From positions 1 to 40,897 of the forward strand of contig JBDSOZ010000170.1 of the NCBI GenBank assembly GCA_039914555.1: DNA of 40,897 nucleotides. Direction: 5' to 3'. The position numbers and the translations under genes were made by a program. Below, piece after piece: positions 39,399 to 40,897 of this stretch. Numbering within the stretch: the first letter of the stretch is position 1; each line of letters begins with the position of its first letter. This stretch comes from Luteimonas sp. (GTDB lineage: Bacteria; Pseudomonadota; Gammaproteobacteria; Xanthomonadales; Xanthomonadaceae). The notes under the pieces were generated by a model. It saw nothing but the letters and a program-made list of their open reading frames with translations. It was not told the origin of the DNA and made no database searches.

Positions 39399-40450
39399 CG
39401 CTCGAACGCGGCGATCGCATCGTCGACGGTGACCAGGTCCATTACCCCTTCGACCTCGATCTTGGTCCCCCAGCGCAAGGCCGATGCCGGTTTGTGCAGG
39501 AACTTGCGGGCGGCATCGTCGTATCGATCAACGCAATAACTGCGGTCGGAATACGGTCCACTGCGTGCCGGGTTGCTGGCGGCATGCAAGCCCAGCACCT
39601 TGGTGCCCATGGCATTGGCGATATGCATCGGCCCGGAATCGGGGGTCATCACCAGGCTGGCGCGGGCCAGCAACGCCGGTAATTGCTTGAGTGTGTCCTT
39701 GCCGACCAGGTCCAGTGCCTGCCGCGACATCGCCGCCAGGATGGCATCACTGGTGTCGCGCTCCAACTGGCTGCGCCCGCCGCACAACACCACCCGCCAG
39801 CCGCGCGCGATGGCATGGTCGGCGACCGCGGCGTGGCGCTCGGGCCGCCAATTGCGCAAAACGTGACTCGCGCACGGCGAAATCATCAACACCGGCATGC
39901 CGTCGTCAGCCCACTGCGCGCGCGCCCAGACGTGCGCCTCATCCGGCACCGGCAGTTTCCATTCGACCCGCTGCTGGACCAGCCCCAGTGGCTCGCAGAA
40001 GCTGCCGATGGCATCCAGCACGTGGACGCCAGGGCGATCGGCAATTCGCTGGTTGATGAACAGCCCATGCAAGTCCCTGGAGCGCGCGCGGTCGTAACCG
40101 ATCCGGCGATTGGCTGGAATGAATGCCGACAGCAGGTTCGCGCGTGCAGCGACCTGCAGTTGCAACAGCGCATCCAACCGTCGGCCGCTGAAATGCCGGC
40201 GTACGGCGCGCATCCCGGCCAGGCCCGAGCGCTTGTCGTATTCGACGAACTCAACCCCAGGCAGGCCCGCGAGCAGGCGGTGCTCGCCGCGGCCGATCAC
40301 CCAGGCGATCGGCAGCTGTGGCCATGCGCGCTGCAAGGTATGCACCAACGGCAACACATGGGTGACGTCGCCCAGCGCCGACAGTCGCAACAGGCAGGCG
40401 GAAGTCGGAGCGGCTGGAGCACGGCCTGGTTGGGAGGATTCGGGTGTCAT
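39374..40450 (-). CDS. Glycosyltransferase family 9 (LPS heptosyltransferase-like)
   Basis: LRLSALGDV, DLVGKDTL and DSGPMHIA motifs; divergent from kdkA. Confidence 0.9.
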   Translation of the reverse strand: MTPESSQPGRAPAAPTSACLLRLSALGDVTHVLPLVHTLQRAWPQLPIAWVIGRGEHRLLAGLPGVEFVEYDKRSGLAGMRAVRRHFSGRRLDALLQLQVAARANLLSAFIPANRRIGYDRARSRDLHGLFINQRIADRPGVHVLDAIGSFCEPLGLVQQRVEWKLPVPDEAHVWARAQWADDGMPVLMISPCASHVLRNWRPERHAAVADHAIARGWRVVLCGGRSQLERDTSDAILAAMSRQALDLVGKDTLKQLPALLARASLVMTPDSGPMHIANAMGTKVLGLHAASNPARSGPYSDRSYCVDRYDDAARKFLHKPASALRWGTKIEVEGVMDLVTVDDAIAAFERYAAGPAP

Positions 40451-40470
40451 GCCCTTGCTAGACTCAGTGG

Positions 40471-40897
40471 ATGGTTGCCTTTGACGCCAGCGAGAGCCTG
40501 ACGCCTTTCGAGTATTGGCGCGATGGCCGCGCCGTGGGTTACGGATCGATTCTGTTCGCCTCGCAGCGCGTGCAGCAAGTCGACCAGGACTGGTTCGACC
40601 CGGCGGGGTGGCCGGGCCATGCCCATCCAGTCGCTTCGGGCGGTCGTGGCGCCGCCTGGTTCATCGATGCGCCCTTCGGCGCGGCGGTGCTCAGGCACTA
40701 CCTGCGCGGCGGGTTGGCAGCGCGGATCAGCCGTGATCGTTATTCCTGGCGTGGCGCCGACCGCACCCGCAGTTTTGCCGAATTCCGGATGCTGCGGGCA
40801 TTGCATGGGCTGGGCCTGCCGGTACCGCGACCGATTGCGGCGTGTTATTGGCGCGAAGGCCTGGGCTATCGCGCTGCGATCCTGATCGAGCGACTGC
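40471..40897 (+). CDS. kdkA: 3-deoxy-D-manno-octulosonic acid (Kdo) kinase, 5' part, runs off the window
   Basis: Not in the ORF track because it has no stop in the window. From ATG 40471: [13 protein letters not shown]...[10 protein letters not shown]...VLRHYLRGG...RDRY.W....TRSFAEF...[10 protein letters not shown]...[10 protein letters not shown]. Confidence 0.88.
   Translation, partial: MVAFDASESLTPFEYWRDGRAVGYGSILFASQRVQQVDQDWFDPAGWPGHAHPVASGGRGAAWFIDAPFGAAVLRHYLRGGLAARISRDRYSWRGADRTRSFAEFRMLRALHGLGLPVPRPIAACYWREGLGYRAAILIERL

Overview
GC-rich Xanthomonadales (Lysobacteraceae-like) chromosome segment; the family call is inferred from gene order and protein signatures. Bases 1-9113 form a tightly packed, apparently co-transcribed accessory locus: the 3' end of a transglutaminase-like gene, an Oar-type TonB-dependent receptor, a stand-alone diaminopimelate decarboxylase, a lipoprotein M19 dipeptidase, a beta-lactamase-fold serine hydrolase and a VanX/DdpX-serine hydrolase fusion. 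I interpret it as a peptidoglycan stem-peptide scavenging system. The rest is mostly core genome: CDF transporter, rlmJ, M28 peptidase, phoB-phoR-ppk1-ppx, bepA-like M48 protease, grxC, CMD protein, icd, YccA-like protein, five tRNAs, tig-clpP-clpX-lon-hupB, tRNA-Val and tRNA-Asp, a fluoride riboswitch with crcB, ppiD, fabI, mltD-gloB-yafS-rnhA-dnaQ, a PP2C phosphatase, tRNA-Ser, a DUF6165-like protein, a GT9 and the start of kdkA. Notable non-coding features are GTAG-type REPs (one doublet supplies the stop codons of two convergent genes), a 116-bp palindromic element upstream of phoB, a multi-hairpin element behind tRNA-Ser that carries an antisense copy of the tRNA 3' end, and a structured hupB leader. 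No integrase, transposase or CRISPR array was seen. All calls are by eye, without database searches.
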